NCBI RefSeq assembly: GCF_009914755.1
Contig: NC_060926.1
Direction: 5' to 3' (one strand)
DNA: 64,000 bases
DNA from: the human T2T-CHM13v2.0 reference genome, Homo sapiens
The notes under the pieces are model-generated. The model was not told the origin of the DNA, did no database searches, and saw only the letters and a program-made list of their open reading frames with translations. Positions 1-13,874 of this stretch are shown piece after piece; position 1 is the stretch's first letter, and the number at the start of each line of letters is the position of its first letter. Position numbers and translations under genes: made by a program.

Positions 1-3000
1 ATTATTACAATGAAAAAGTACATCTAATTGGTATCTGGATAATCCATTCTGTTGATCAAAGTTAGGAAAAGATAGAAGGACTTACAGGTAGGCACATGGG
101 CAGGTAGTAGATGAAATTTTCTCCTCTCCTCCCATTTCTATTTCTTTTTATTGCCCACCTCTGTACTCTGCCAGTTTGAACAGTGAATATTCCTTTTAAG
201 CCTTACCAGCCAGCATCCTTCAACAACCTATCCTGAAAGATCTAGGGGGAGTCCTGAGAAGGTGGTGGGGAAGGACAACTATATTCTCACATTCTTGCCC
301 AAACTGTTCATCAGGGTATTTGAGAAAGGCAGTTTCTTCTTCAAACTAGTCCTAATCTACCTTAATTGTCATGTGCCTGAGACAAGGGAAGTGGCTTGTG
401 GAGATAGCAGGTAACTTTGATTCCTTCTTCACTACCTGTTATCTGCAGACAGATCATTAAATTAAGAGCCTTGAAAACTAGTATGAAGGTGCGAGAAGAT
501 TTTTTTTTCCTTGCAGATGTCCATGTACCCTATCAAAAATTAGCTCTTTTACATACATAAGAAGAATATTTTCATAGTTTTTACTTTTTCCCTTACATGT
601 AACTGCCATTCACCTTCACCTCTGACCAAAGCTAGGCTTTGCTGAAACTAACCCAGGCTTGGATGACAAAATCCTTTATCTGAGTTTTAAAAGATCTCTG
701 CTACTTTGTAGATAGCGTATTTCAACTTTGACTAGATAAGGACCCTGACTATTTTTCACTCAAGTGGGAATCATCAGTCTGGGGAGGGAAATGGAGTCGA
801 TTATTTAATTACTTGAGGGGAATATTGGAATGCTCTAATTTTTCTGTGATATACATCATATAAACTCTGTTTTAATAATGAAGCGGGTGGTTTCCAGATT
901 CTGGGGCAACTGCCTTTTTCTTTTTCTTAGCTGGTTATTGAAATCCTAATGGGATGGGTGATGAATTTTCTTAGGTCAGGTAAACTGAAAAGGCTACAGC
1001 TGGAATTCTTCACCCAGAAGAATCGGAGTTAATACTAATGATCATTGTGAATTAGAAGATCAAAGGAGAAGCATCAGCCTGTTCTCCACATTGTTGCCCC
1101 AGAGGCCATTAGTGACCTGGCAAAGCTTTCTCCCAGCCTTCTCTGTACCTCCTTCCCCTTGCCTGGGCCTTTCTTCCCCACTTGTAGTTATGCACCTCTG
1201 ACCTGGGGTAATTACAGTCAGTTGATGCGGAGGCATGGGGGAAAACAATCGAAAGCAAAATCAAAAGTCCAACTTTAAAATTGCTTATTTATCCAGGTAT
1301 ATAGCCCTTCTGAGCACACGACCTCTGTCTGAGACTCTATGTTACTGTCAGAGTATGAGTGCAATTTTTGTGTGCAGTGAAATAAGTGGTTTATTCATTT
1401 CAGCAATGGTTGTTTCACTATAAGAGACTTTTGTAGAGTCTGGCTGGCAATTTGTCAGATCATTCTAAAAATTTTCTTTTTTTCCCAAGGTTAAGATACA
1501 GATACACGATAGTTTGGTTTTCTGATATATTCTTAATTGGGCTGATTAAATAAAGGATTATGTGTAAAACAAAAGTGCCCATGGACTTTTTACAATTTGT
1601 TAGGTTGTTACTGATGCACCTAACTGAACACTAGCCAGCCATTTGTACTTCAAAGTGTGTATCAATATCATGTCTTCTTTTTATTTTAATTAGTGATGAT
1701 ATATTTTTAAAGATAAAATATCAAACTTGGTCACTGAGCATGCACCTCAATTTATCTTTCCGATTAAAATTGGAGTACCACAAGTATACATGTGAGTGTG
1801 TGTATATTTTTTTAACGAACTCAATCCAACCCCTAGGAATTTTATGCTAGTTTGGTTCTTTCTTTCTTCATGTTTAAGATTCCTAATGAAGATACCTTGT
1901 CTTAAAATATGAAGGTTTGACCACAGGAAAATCAGATAGATTTATTTTATAAAAGATTCCAGTGTTTTGGATTGTTTTGTTTTTGTTGGTTGGTGGTTTT
2001 GCCAGTAGTAGTAAATCTACATGTCATGGAATTTAGGATCCTAGGACTGAACTGGTAACATCCACATCATATCTGTCTCTCATGCTAAAGTGTGAGTATA
2101 ACTATCTGCTCATGTATGTCCCTACCCCTGCCATCTATGAATTTTAGTAGGGAAAACTGATCCATTTTACATCTTTTAATCCCCTAAGTAGCCTTGTCCA
2201 AGGTTCTAATTTTTCTTCTTGTACTGATGTAGGTCCATGACAGAGGGCAACCAAGTAGTGGAGTACTTGCACATTGCAACCAAGACCACGTTGCAATGGT
2301 CTGTTGCTCAGCTCACAAAACACTCTGGGCCATGACCCAAGCTTACCTTTGATAGATTGAAAGCCATGTGGTAGCAAAAAAAATATTTGATTGACGCTCC
2401 AAGGCAGTAATGATAGGGATTGTGTAGATCCACATCAAAATGATTGCTCCTGATGTGTGAGCACTTTCACTTCAGTATTGCTCAACCTTCCTTGTGCAGA
2501 GTCTGGAGTGTGGGCAACTTGGCTAGCCTCTGTGGACTTGATAGTCACTTCAGTGTGTCAAGAGCCAGAGAGTGCGCTCAAGAACTCAGATAAGGCATCT
2601 CTTTCTTGGTGGGCCAGTGGAGAGCCTCCAGGAGTAAGCAGTAGATGAAAGGGTTATGCTACGCAACCTTCTAACATTTTAAAGGCTTTTTAGTCCTTGT
2701 TTTTCATTGCCATTGCAAAACGCCTTCACTCAGCAAATTATAGGCCAGTGAGCACGGGTCCCAAGATGAAATGTATTCCTCTATCTAAAGAAAAGGTAGA
2801 CCTTAAATAACTTGATGTTATGAAGGCCAACATCCTAAATTAGTTGGTATTTAAATGAGACAGAAATGACTTGGTTTTATGTTTTTAGAAATATTCTGAA
2901 ATAGGTCTTGGTAACTGCTTGAATTTGAATGTCCTGTTGGCATGATCTCTTAAAAAATGGGGTGATATATATTAATTTAACCTTGTAGTTGTCTTTGCAT

Positions 3001-3277
3001 TTCATTTCTTAATAATCTATGGTCAGTTTTTATCTGTTTCCACAATTACCTTTGTTGCTAGCATCCCTGCAGTACCCAAGTGCTGTCATTTGCCACGTGG
3101 CATAGATTACCCTGAGAATTTGGTATCCTGGGAAGTTTTTGGGATGTCCAGAGACCAGCAGGTATAGTTTTTTTTTCCAACATGAACACTCATCCTATGA
3201 AAGATCAAGGTCATTTCTGTTGCAGTTTATAGAAGTTTAGAAAAAATTCTTATCTATTATTTAAAGAAAAGCCAGTT

Positions 3278-3611
<334 letters not shown>

Positions 3612-3819
3612 TCACAAAATGAATTCGTTGAAAAAATAAAATAAAATATTCTCCTGCCTGCATAATGTGACTTTTATTATATTTTTAAAAATTCAGCTAT
3701 TAATTGCTTGGCTATTTTGACATTGGATTATTCTATCCTTTCAACAGCTGAAGGAAAAAAATTTATTGTAATGCTAAATAAAAATGTAATATGTATGTAT
3801 GTAGTGCTTTATTGTTTAA

Positions 3820-3985
3820 TATTTTCCTATACACTGGATGCATAAGACAATCCTGTAAGGTGGGCAGCATGACAAAAATGAAATTTAGAGAAGTTAATGA
3901 TTTTTCTCAAGATCAAAAGCGAGGAACTGGCTGAGCTTGAACCAGGATCTCCTGACTTGAATTTCCATCTGCTTTCCACCACGCT
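3820..3985 (-). mobile_element. MIR fragment
   Basis: Degenerate antisense MIR core (CAATCCTGTAAGGTGGG...GAAATTTAGAGAAGTTAATGA...CAAGATC). Confidence 0.45.
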
Positions 3986-6900
3986 GCCTCTCAAACACAC
4001 AGCAAATCAAATCGCGTTGTGGGAGTTCAAAGATATAATTATAATCTCATTCCACAAGCTAGCTAATTAGTATTTTTAAAAAATAAAAATATAAGCCAGA
4101 GGGCTTGGCATAAAACTTCATAATGCAATCTGATGGTTATTAGTAACTAAGGGTCAAGAATGGTCCTTCCCTATCTGGAATCTTTTTCTGCAGATATCTG
4201 CCCATAAAAAAGGCAAAGAAAGCTACAGCTGTTGATATTTTGTGACAATCTTGATAATTTTTGCGTTTTTGGAATTTCAGATTTTCAACATTATTTAACT
4301 GCTCCTCCTTCCTTACAGAAATATGTAATTCTCTACCCATGTCTGTTACCAACAATGTCTGTGATAGTGCTTTGGGGGGTGAAGAATCTTTCCTCATGCA
4401 GATCCTAACTAAACCTTCTAACACAGAATTTAGCTCCTTGAAGATTTTTTTTTTTTGCCTGTCACGTGGCCTGGACGCCAAAGAGCTAAGTCTTTAATTT
4501 TCTTTATGGAGATAGAGGAAACTGCTTATGCAGCCCCGATTACTCTTGAAACTACAATCCAACTGTCGTTTCTCAGCAAAGAAGGCTGCTAAACCCAGGA
4601 GAATTAAGCTGCCACTCTGGGGTATGACACCGAGGTCTGATCATTTTAAAGCTAGTAATAACCAGAATCCTAAAATTCTTATGAATAAAATGTAATTTTA
4701 GTAATGTTTCCATAAACAGTGGTAATGGTGGCATTTTAGTAGGCAGTGACATTAGTCACATAGAAATTGTACCACATTGGCTTTTAAATTACTCCACCTG
4801 TCTGTATGAATAGAATTTTCAGTGTAAAAGCAGAGAGACAGCTGCTGCTAATGTCTCCTTCTCCCTGTGCGTATAATGCTGGCAAATCTACATGCAGAAA
4901 GGACTGGCTTGTGATGTAAAATGGTACCTGACCCCGCTGGCTCCTGAGCTACAAAGCAATACCTTTAATTACCAGTGGCTGTGTTTAGTTGTTGATATAA
5001 AAATGTCAGCTTCCAGGAGTGTCACCTCAGGTTCACTCCCTCTAGTAATGTCACCCATCGTACAATATTTTTCTTCCACCCACATCCGTAATGCGATGGG
5101 TGGGCATTTATCTTTGTGTGTTTCAGAAACATGCAAGGCATTAATAGTTTAAAGGAAAACGCCTAATACTGTACGAACTTGATTAATGATCTTTCCGTTG
5201 GAGAAGTTTTAAAGATTAGTGGAATTTGGTTCCTTCTTTCTAGCCAGAACAGAAATATGGCCTGCCATTTGTACCATCAAAGGGCTTAGCATCATTTATC
5301 TAATACAAATACAGGTTCTTATGTGAGGATCATGGCAGGCATGTCATAGAGCAGAAAGGGTAAAGAATGGAGGGGCTTGAGAATATCAAATCTGTTACTA
5401 CGTGCCCATGTTTCCTATTGATAGATGAGGAAGTTTACTTTTTAGATAAGCCCCTTTGCTCTTAGCCATTTGGTTATGGTTCTATTGTGGCAGCTCCATT
5501 GAGACAACAGTGGGCCAGGCGAGGGGATCCTCCTGTTGGAGATGCCTGTTGCCAACAATGTATTTGATGAAATGGTAAATAGGAGATATACGTGTCTGGC
5601 TCATTGGCAGGCATTCTTTTTGACTTCTTTCACACAACTGGTGTTTTCGTGTTTAATTGAACAAGGAATGAGTAGTAAATGAAAGCTGCTGCCTGAAATC
5701 CCACTGTGAGCATGTTTTGCACTTGGCTCCCCAGTGAAAAGGCAATTTGTGAAATTATGTGATGGAGTAATTAGATGAAACCAGGGCTTCTGACTGTTGC
5801 CATGCATATGTGGCGAGGGTTTGTTGGGAAGAGGGAGGGGGAGAAAAAAATAGATTATTACTCTGGCAAGTCGGCTCAAAGCTTCTTCATTTATTTGTAA
5901 ACAGAATATTTAGTGACCGCATAGGAAGTAGCTGTAATCACCAGCTCATAAAGAAACCACAGCAGAGCTTTTGGATTTTTGCAGAGTGCTCATGTAAAAT
6001 TTAAGCTGGGAGGCAGAATCCCTGTTAATGTAATTAGGATCTAATTTACCACCCTTTGCACACAGATGTAATAATGTCTAGATATTTATTCTATCTTTAA
6101 GCACGTTACATATACCTCAGTGCAGCAGTTACTGAACAGAAACAGGTGTGAGCAGTTTCCTAATTCGTTTTTACACTGTAAACACATAGCAATTTAAGGG
6201 AAATATTTACCAAAAATGAGGGGAAAGAATGTCTGCAAATGAGGCAGTAATGGACAGTTGCCCTTTATGTACTGATGGATTTCTCAATGGTTAAGTAAAT
6301 TAAAGCAAATGCTAGAAAAATCAATAGGCCAGCATAGTCTTGGTTTTGCCTCATAGACTTCAGGACAGAATGACAGATGTGGTGTCTATGACCCATTTAA
6401 GTATTAATGCTTGAAAAACTGCTTCTGCATGCAAGGTTGTAGGCTTAGAAACATTCTCCTATATTAAATTACAGACAATAATATTTTTAAGTATATGTGG
6501 AATTTATATGTTTCAGTTAGGTTGTTCTTATGTGTTACATTTATACTGGAAGATTAGTTGCTTAGTTGTTGCAATAGCACCATAAATCAGTTTTGAATGT
6601 TCCCACAAGGAAACATCTTCATAACGCTGTAGTTGGAAGGTGAAGATGATGTATTTTGAGCTGACGTGTATGTTGAAGTGAATATGCTCAACAGCACTCT
6701 ATGTGGAAACCAAATTAAATTTAATTAAGGAGTAGATGCTCAGAGCCTTTGGAAAAAATCTGTAAAGTAGCATTCAAATGTGGCATTATAATTCAGTTAA
6801 TCTCCAGGGCTACAAATGCTGTATTTTACATTTGAACTAACATGGGTAACATGTCACGTAGGTTGACTGTCATAGCGTGTGGAATTGTGGAGCTATTCTG

Positions 6901-7363
6901 ATGTCCTAAGTGGTAGGTGTTAGCCTCTGAAAATGAGAAGGCAGACCTTATTTGGTAGCCCCTCAGAATGTTAAGTTTTCCACTCGTTGTTCCTATTTCT
7001 AAAAATTCATTACCAATTTCATGATAAATAATTTAAATACAGTCAAAATGTTGATTTGTTGACTACCAGAGATAGGAAGGCAAGGAGAGAAGCAAGGCCA
7101 AATGTACTTGCATGTCAGAGACCAAAATTTGCTCTTATGATCGAAATAAAATGAGGTTAAAGTTATTATCCTGGTCATTGGAGGAGAAGGTGCCTTTTGT
7201 TGGAGAGAAAAAGAGTTTTGCTGGCTTGAAGTGTCCTGTTTACCTTCTTGTGCTGTCTGAACTTAGACAATAATTGCTCAACTACCTTCCTTGCTCATGA
7301 CAAAGCAGGCATGGTCCAGCCTGACTCTGGGTTTTGAAAATCAGTATGTAAAGGTAATATTGT

Positions 7364-7680
7364 GGCTAGGAGCAGTGGCTGTTGCCTGTAGTCCCAGCAC
7401 TTTGGGAGGCTGAGGAAGGAAGACTGCTTAAGCCCCGGAGTTCAAGACCAGCCTGGACAATATGATGAAACCCCATCTCTACAAAAAGTTAAAAAATTAG
7501 CCAGGTGTGGTGGCTAATGCCTGTAGTCCCAGCTACTTGGGAGGAGGTGGGAGGATCACTTGAGCCCAGGTGTGTTAGGCTGCAGTGAGCCAAGATTGCA
7601 CCACTGCACTCCAGCCTGGGCGACAGAGTGGGACCCTGTCTCAAAATGAATAAATAAATAAAATTTAAAAAATTAAAAAA
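7364..7680 (+). mobile_element. AluJ, full length
   Basis: Dimeric Alu with GGAGGATCACTTGAGCCCAGG and AGGCTGCAGTGAGC. Near-perfect TSD AAAGGT(A/G)ATATTGT. Confidence 0.92.
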
Positions 7681-8010
7681 AAAGGTGATATTGTGATAAG
7701 TCATATCATTGGAAACATTGCTAAGTTGGTATGATGAAAAGAAGTACAGTGATTATTTAGGTTCTAAATAGAAGCCTTTAAATTTTTTTTTCACACAAAT
7801 ATTTTACACAAATATTTCATGAAAATATTTACAACATTTCTCCGAACTTGTCAAATTTATCATGTGATTTAACAATGAACACATCTGGAGTTTTAACTGA
7901 GGTATAACAAGTAACTTTAAAAAAGTGAAAGTCTATCACCTGAAAAACTAGAAAATGAAAATTACTACAGAATTGAAAATTCTTTTGCTTCTTTAAAAAC
8001 AGTGCTCCTT

Positions 8011-8348
<338 letters not shown>

Positions 8349-8349
8349 C

Positions 8350-8495
8350 TATGGCATGCATTTAAATTATCTGGATCTTTTTAAAAATGTAGATTCTGAT
8401 TGAGAGGGTTGGGGCCTGAGATTCTGCATTTTCAGCAAGCTCCTATTGCTGCTGGTGCTGCTGGTCCACAGACTGCAGCTTGCATAGAAAGGATC
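8350..8495. mobile_element. MER5A-like hAT DNA transposon relic
   Basis: GATTCTGATT...GGGGCCTGAGATTCTGCATTTTCAGCAAGCTCC...GCTGCTGGTCCACAGAC resembles the MER5A consensus. Confidence 0.6.
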
Positions 8496-10284
8496 TAAGG
8501 TACAGAAGCAAGATGACAGATTTTAAATGGAAAGATGATTGTTTTTCTCTTTGATTTTTATACTTTGATTTTGCCCCCCTGATTTTGAAGCTTACCCCAT
8601 TGTTTTTATCATATTAGTTTGACAAAATGTTTTATTTTTTCTCTGCCAACTTTCAATGTTTTTTAAGCATATAAGAAGTTCCTTTTGAATATCAAAGCAC
8701 TTTCATTGGATCCCTCAAGTACTCTGAAAGCTTCTGATAGACGCAGGGCTCTGCAGAAAGACAGACTGTTTCTTCTGGGCTTGTTGACAGTACACTTGTG
8801 TGTTCGGGTGGGTGGAGGGGTAGCCCTGAAGGTCCCATGATACAGAATGTTGTGGTTCACCTCCACCACAAGGAAACATCTTCATAGCTTCAGTGCTCTG
8901 GTGACAATATGCAGCGACGGAAGTTATCATGGAGTGAGGGCAGTGTGTGTGGCATGCTAGCTCCTAGACTCCTGCAGAGGCTCTGCAGATCAGGTAGCCT
9001 TTGTCAGTAAGAAAGTAACAGAATCACTCACTGCAGAAACAACACATATGTTTGAGGGAGAACTGCGTTTGTGCCTCACACTTCTTGCCTACTTTATGTC
9101 TGCTCCAGGAGATCCTTTTGTATTCCCACTGCCTTGTGTACTTTATCTGCCATGGGCACTGTCACTCTCAAATTTCGCAGCATCCTGGAAGGAAGGTGAA
9201 TTTGCTTTCAAAAGTGAGTATCTGAAAAGTATATTTCCTCCAGTGTGGCTAAGATCTAAGGAATTATTATAAGTAGTGCATACCTATTAATCATTGCTTA
9301 GCAGGTAAATTCTCTCACTCATTAGAGTTCACATGCTAGATGTAGTTTCTTGAAATTAGGTCATTTACTTTGGTCTAAGTCATTGAGGATCAAAGGTCAT
9401 AAGGAATCCAAAAGCCATTAGTCAGGGTTCTTTTCTGGACCCCTTAGATGTCATTGTGCAAGTCACCCATGGCAGGCCGGGCCTGGCCTGCTGTCAGGGA
9501 GCTGGCAGGGTGCCTACTTTATTTCCAGTTTGCATAGATAAAAAGCAGAGCAGCGACTCTTGGAATCACTATAAAAATAAGCTTACATAAAATCTCCATT
9601 TGAAATACAGTATGTGTGGTGTGCCCCTGCATGCTTTCTATTCTGGAAGCCATGGGAGCTAGAAATCAAAATTAAGAAGCGAAGAGACAGACCTCTGATG
9701 GCATTGTAGACTACTCTTTGTTTGGGTGTAGGCATTTATAATTTATGGTAAGTTTAGTGAAGACCAAATTTTCACAAAGAATTAAAATGACAAACCAAGC
9801 ATTTTAATTTGCTAAATAAAATAAAGGCATTGCTTAACCATTGTCAAACATATATATACATACATATAGCTACCCCCTCTTAATAAGACTGAAGTACATT
9901 TGTCGGTATCAGAAGTGGTGGGCAAGAGATATAGTCAAATCAATTCATTTACTTCTCTCATTGAGCCCTGTGAGTCTCAGGCCCACACCTTGAAGTGAAA
10001 ACATCATCAATTACCAAAATGACAGGTGCTCAGGACTTACTTCCTGAAAGATGTTCATATTGGACCAGACACCACGAGCACTCAGCAACATTCATCACTT
10101 CGTTCAAAAGAGACCGAAAAAACTGTGGGGTGAATTTGCAAGGGAAAAAAGGCCAAATATACATGCATGAAATAGCATACGTTTGAATTTCTAAAAGTCA
10201 GACAGCAAGCAAGTATCCTATTTTATTTTAAAAGATTATTAATTGTTATTTAATAGTCAACTTGCATGTGATCTTACAATTAAT

Positions 10285-10425
10285 AATTGTATCCCCATTT
10301 CACAGATGAAGGAACTGGGACAGAAAAGGTTAAAGATCTAACAGCCATCTTAGTGTACAATGAAGTTGGGACTGGAAACAAAACTCAGGGCCATAAATTT
10401 CAACTTCCTGGAGCTTACCACTTCC
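10285..10425 (-). mobile_element. MIR fragment
   Basis: ATCCCCATTTCACAGATGAAGGAACTGGGACAGAAAAGGTTAA is the antisense MIR core. Confidence 0.6.
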
Positions 10426-10668
10426 ATACCCTGACACTTAAAATTATGACTTGTTATTGTTCTTGAAATTGTCCTGCATACACAGTTGACTAGAACTAAT
10501 GAGAATGGAGGCAGAAGTCCACATAGCCTCATCAGAGTCATGCCTTTGACACAGTTATTCCAGAGCAATCACAACTGCTGTATGGTCAACCAGAACTGGG
10601 GGCCCCTGTGTAGCCCCTTTGCTGTCCCTAGAGATCTCTGTGGCTCTGATACCTGTATTGCAGTAAAA

Positions 10669-10672
<4 letters not shown>

Positions 10673-10718
<46 letters not shown>
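10673..10718. repeat. (GT)23 microsatellite
   Basis: Uninterrupted GT dinucleotide run. Confidence 0.97.
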
Positions 10719-10719
<1 letters not shown>

Positions 10720-10959
10720 GGGGGGGAGACAGGGATCATGCTGGCATTAGGGCCTTTATCTATGAATACCTTATGCTTTTTGGTTTGAGGAGAGATGGCT
10801 AGAATAGTTTCCATGATATGATGACTTAATCCCACCACACTGCAGGAAAAAGCAACTTTCAAACCTGCTTGTTATGTTACCCACCATAAATCATGGCAAA
10901 ACTTTAGGCCACATCTAACTTATCTTTGAATTGCAATATAAATGGGGTCATTAAAAGTT

Positions 10960-11345
10960 TTTTCCAAGAAAGTCAAATGTTTTTTGAGGGCCTACTATGT
11001 ACAAGGAACCATATACATCCGGAACGTTCTATGATGTTTGAAAAGGGCATGGATCTAATCTCTGGTGCAGTTTATAGAAAGCTGGAGTGAACAGAACAGT
11101 CAGAAGACAGCTATAACAGTTTGGGTAAGAAGGCTGTGCTGTGGGAGTACAAAGAAATGAATGAGTACAAGATATGTTGGAGGTAAATCTGTACCTCATA
11201 AATAGAAACATTCTTTCAGTTACCACCACAGACACTAGAGATGTATATAGAGTCATAGATCCAGAGAGTGCCAAGAGAGAAAAGGAGGAGGCCAAAGATA
11301 GAATTTGGGGGATTATTACTTCTGAAGGCTGTCTGGAGGAAAAAC
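10960..11345 (-). mobile_element. L2 fragment
   Basis: AAATGTTTTTTGAGGGCCTACTATGTACAAGG resembles the antisense L2 3' terminus, with a purine-rich continuation. Confidence 0.4.
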
Positions 11346-11429
11346 CTAGAGAAGGAGAGACGAACAGACAGACAGGTCTCTGTCAAATACAGAGGTGGCA
11401 TGAATTAATTTCTGGGTCCCTTCCAGCTC

Positions 11430-12385
11430 CAATGCTTTATTATTCTAATAAAAGCAAGGAAGGTACAGTGGTAAGAAAGTCGAAGAATCCATTCCCTACA
11501 CTAAATCCATCATGGCTCCCAAACTGGCTCTCCTTGCTGTCAGCGTCGTCTCAGTTCATGACATCACCATAGACCCAGAAACTCCAACTCAGCTGAGACC
11601 CAGGAGTCATCCTGGAAGGTTCCTCTCCTTCCCCCTTCACAGGCAGTTGCTCATCCCTGAGTCCCATCAATTCTCTCTCCTAAACACTTCTCCATTCTTC
11701 TTCCCACCTAGCTCCATTGCCACTGCCACAGGTCAGTCCTCTATGTCTCCAGCTTTCTCCGTTCGTTCCCCAGCCTTCCTGCCTCTAACATTGGTCCCTT
11801 ATAAACCATCCCTTATTTTGACACAGTTTTTCTAAAACAAAACTTGGCTAAGTCTCCTCCTACTTAAAATCCTTTGATATCTCCCTACTACCCATAGGAT
11901 ATGAGACAAACATCCGTGGTGTGCCACTCAAGGACCCCTTGAGGTCTGACACTGGTGCCCTGGCGCCTCTCTCACCATTTTCATACAGGCTCCCCATGCA
12001 TGCCATGCTGCAGCCAAGCTGAGGGCTTACAGCTCCCCATCAGTGCTGCACAGTCTTGTCCTCTGTGCACCTTACATGCTGTTCCCTCACCTGAGATACA
12101 TCACTTCCATGACCCCTTCTCTACTTGACACTTTCCTCCACATCCTTCACATCTTAGTACAATTGTCACTGCTTGGGGAAGCCATTTGTTGTTTTCCCCA
12201 GGAGAGGGAAAGTGGCCCCTGCCCCCAGGTCCACAGCACCTTGATGAGACTCTGATAGGGAGTGCTTATCATAGTGACTGTTTATTTATGCTGTGCCTTT
12301 CTATCTAGAGGTCAGGATTTAATCTTTGCTCTGTACATCTTCAGAGCTGTACTATAGATGCTTGATATTATTTATTGACCAAAGC
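11430..12385 (+). mobile_element. L2 (LINE2) 3' region
   Basis: Pyrimidine-rich L2-like body (CTCCTACTTAAAATCCTTTGAT...CCCATAGGAT) ending in a degenerate L2 terminus (TAGATGCTTGATATTATTTATTGA). Confidence 0.55.
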
Positions 12386-12494
12386 AATGAGTACAGTTGC
12401 AAAACAGAAATGACCAAACTCTGGGAGCTTTATAAAGTAGAAAGGCTGGAAAAGATCCTGATACAGGGGTTAGGATATCATCAGTGACTTTTGT

Positions 12495-12684
12495 TATTTA
12501 TTTGTTTATCTACTTCTTCTTATTTCTTTTAGAAATAGGGTCTCAATCTGTTGCCCAACCTGGAGTGCAGCAGTGCAATCATGGCTCACTGCAGCCTCCA
12601 CCTCCCAGGTTAAAGCAATCCTCCTGCCTCGGCCTCCTGAGTAGCTGGGACTGTAGGCACATGCCACCACACTGGCTAACTTTT
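12495..12684 (-). mobile_element. Alu right monomer (FRAM or truncated AluJ)
   Basis: Antisense GGGTCTC...CTGGAGTGCAG...CTCCTGAGTAGCTGGGACTGTAGGC. No left arm is present. Confidence 0.85.
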
Positions 12685-13511
12685 TAAGCTGTTTGAGGCA
12701 TTTGGAAGAGAAGAAGTTGTATTATGAGGCATATGATGATACTGCAGTGGAGGCAGCAAAGGTAGATCCTTTTGCAATCACTTGAGGAAATATACTAAAG
12801 GATATACTTTAGACAGAAGCTTCAGGAAGTGGTAACAAGAAGGCATGGTTTTTCTTTTCTTTTTTAATATTTAGGAGAAAGGATATTTGAATATGTTTAC
12901 ATATACAATTGAATTCAGCTATCTTTCCTGGAATTGCTACTATGTTCCATGCAATTTGTTAATGCATAGCCTACTTACTTACTTAGGCAATAGAGACCTT
13001 TGAAGATCAAAATAGAAAGGGACTGATTAATGAAGCAAGAATCAAGGGCAGGCAGACAGTGGAGGGGAGGGTGATGGGACTCAGAGTAAGAACATAGCAA
13101 TAAGGAAGAAGTCAGAGAAATTTAGAAATGAAGAAGGCTGCTATTCTCCTCCTGGATCTTTTAGCAGGCTGGAGGCAAAGTTAACTGATGAATGTCCAAG
13201 AAGTGGGATTAGGAGCTGGAGGAGAATGGAAGTCATTTGGAAAAATTGCTGTTGGGAACACAGTAGGCAAAGCAAAAAAAAAAAAAAAGGAAAGAAGAAA
13301 AGATAAAAAGACTTTCAGAGTGTAGTTGAGAATACATATAGAAGTAGCACTAGATACCACACTGTGACCAAGGACTGGCTAGACTTTTAACAGGCATATT
13401 TCATAATCAATCTGTTTTTCACATGTTAAAATGAAGGTAATAGATGAATTCTTAGTGGTTTTCCACAGGAAAATAATTCCATTTTCTATTCCTTAAAAAT
13501 TAGTACCATGG

Positions 13512-13874
<363 letters not shown>

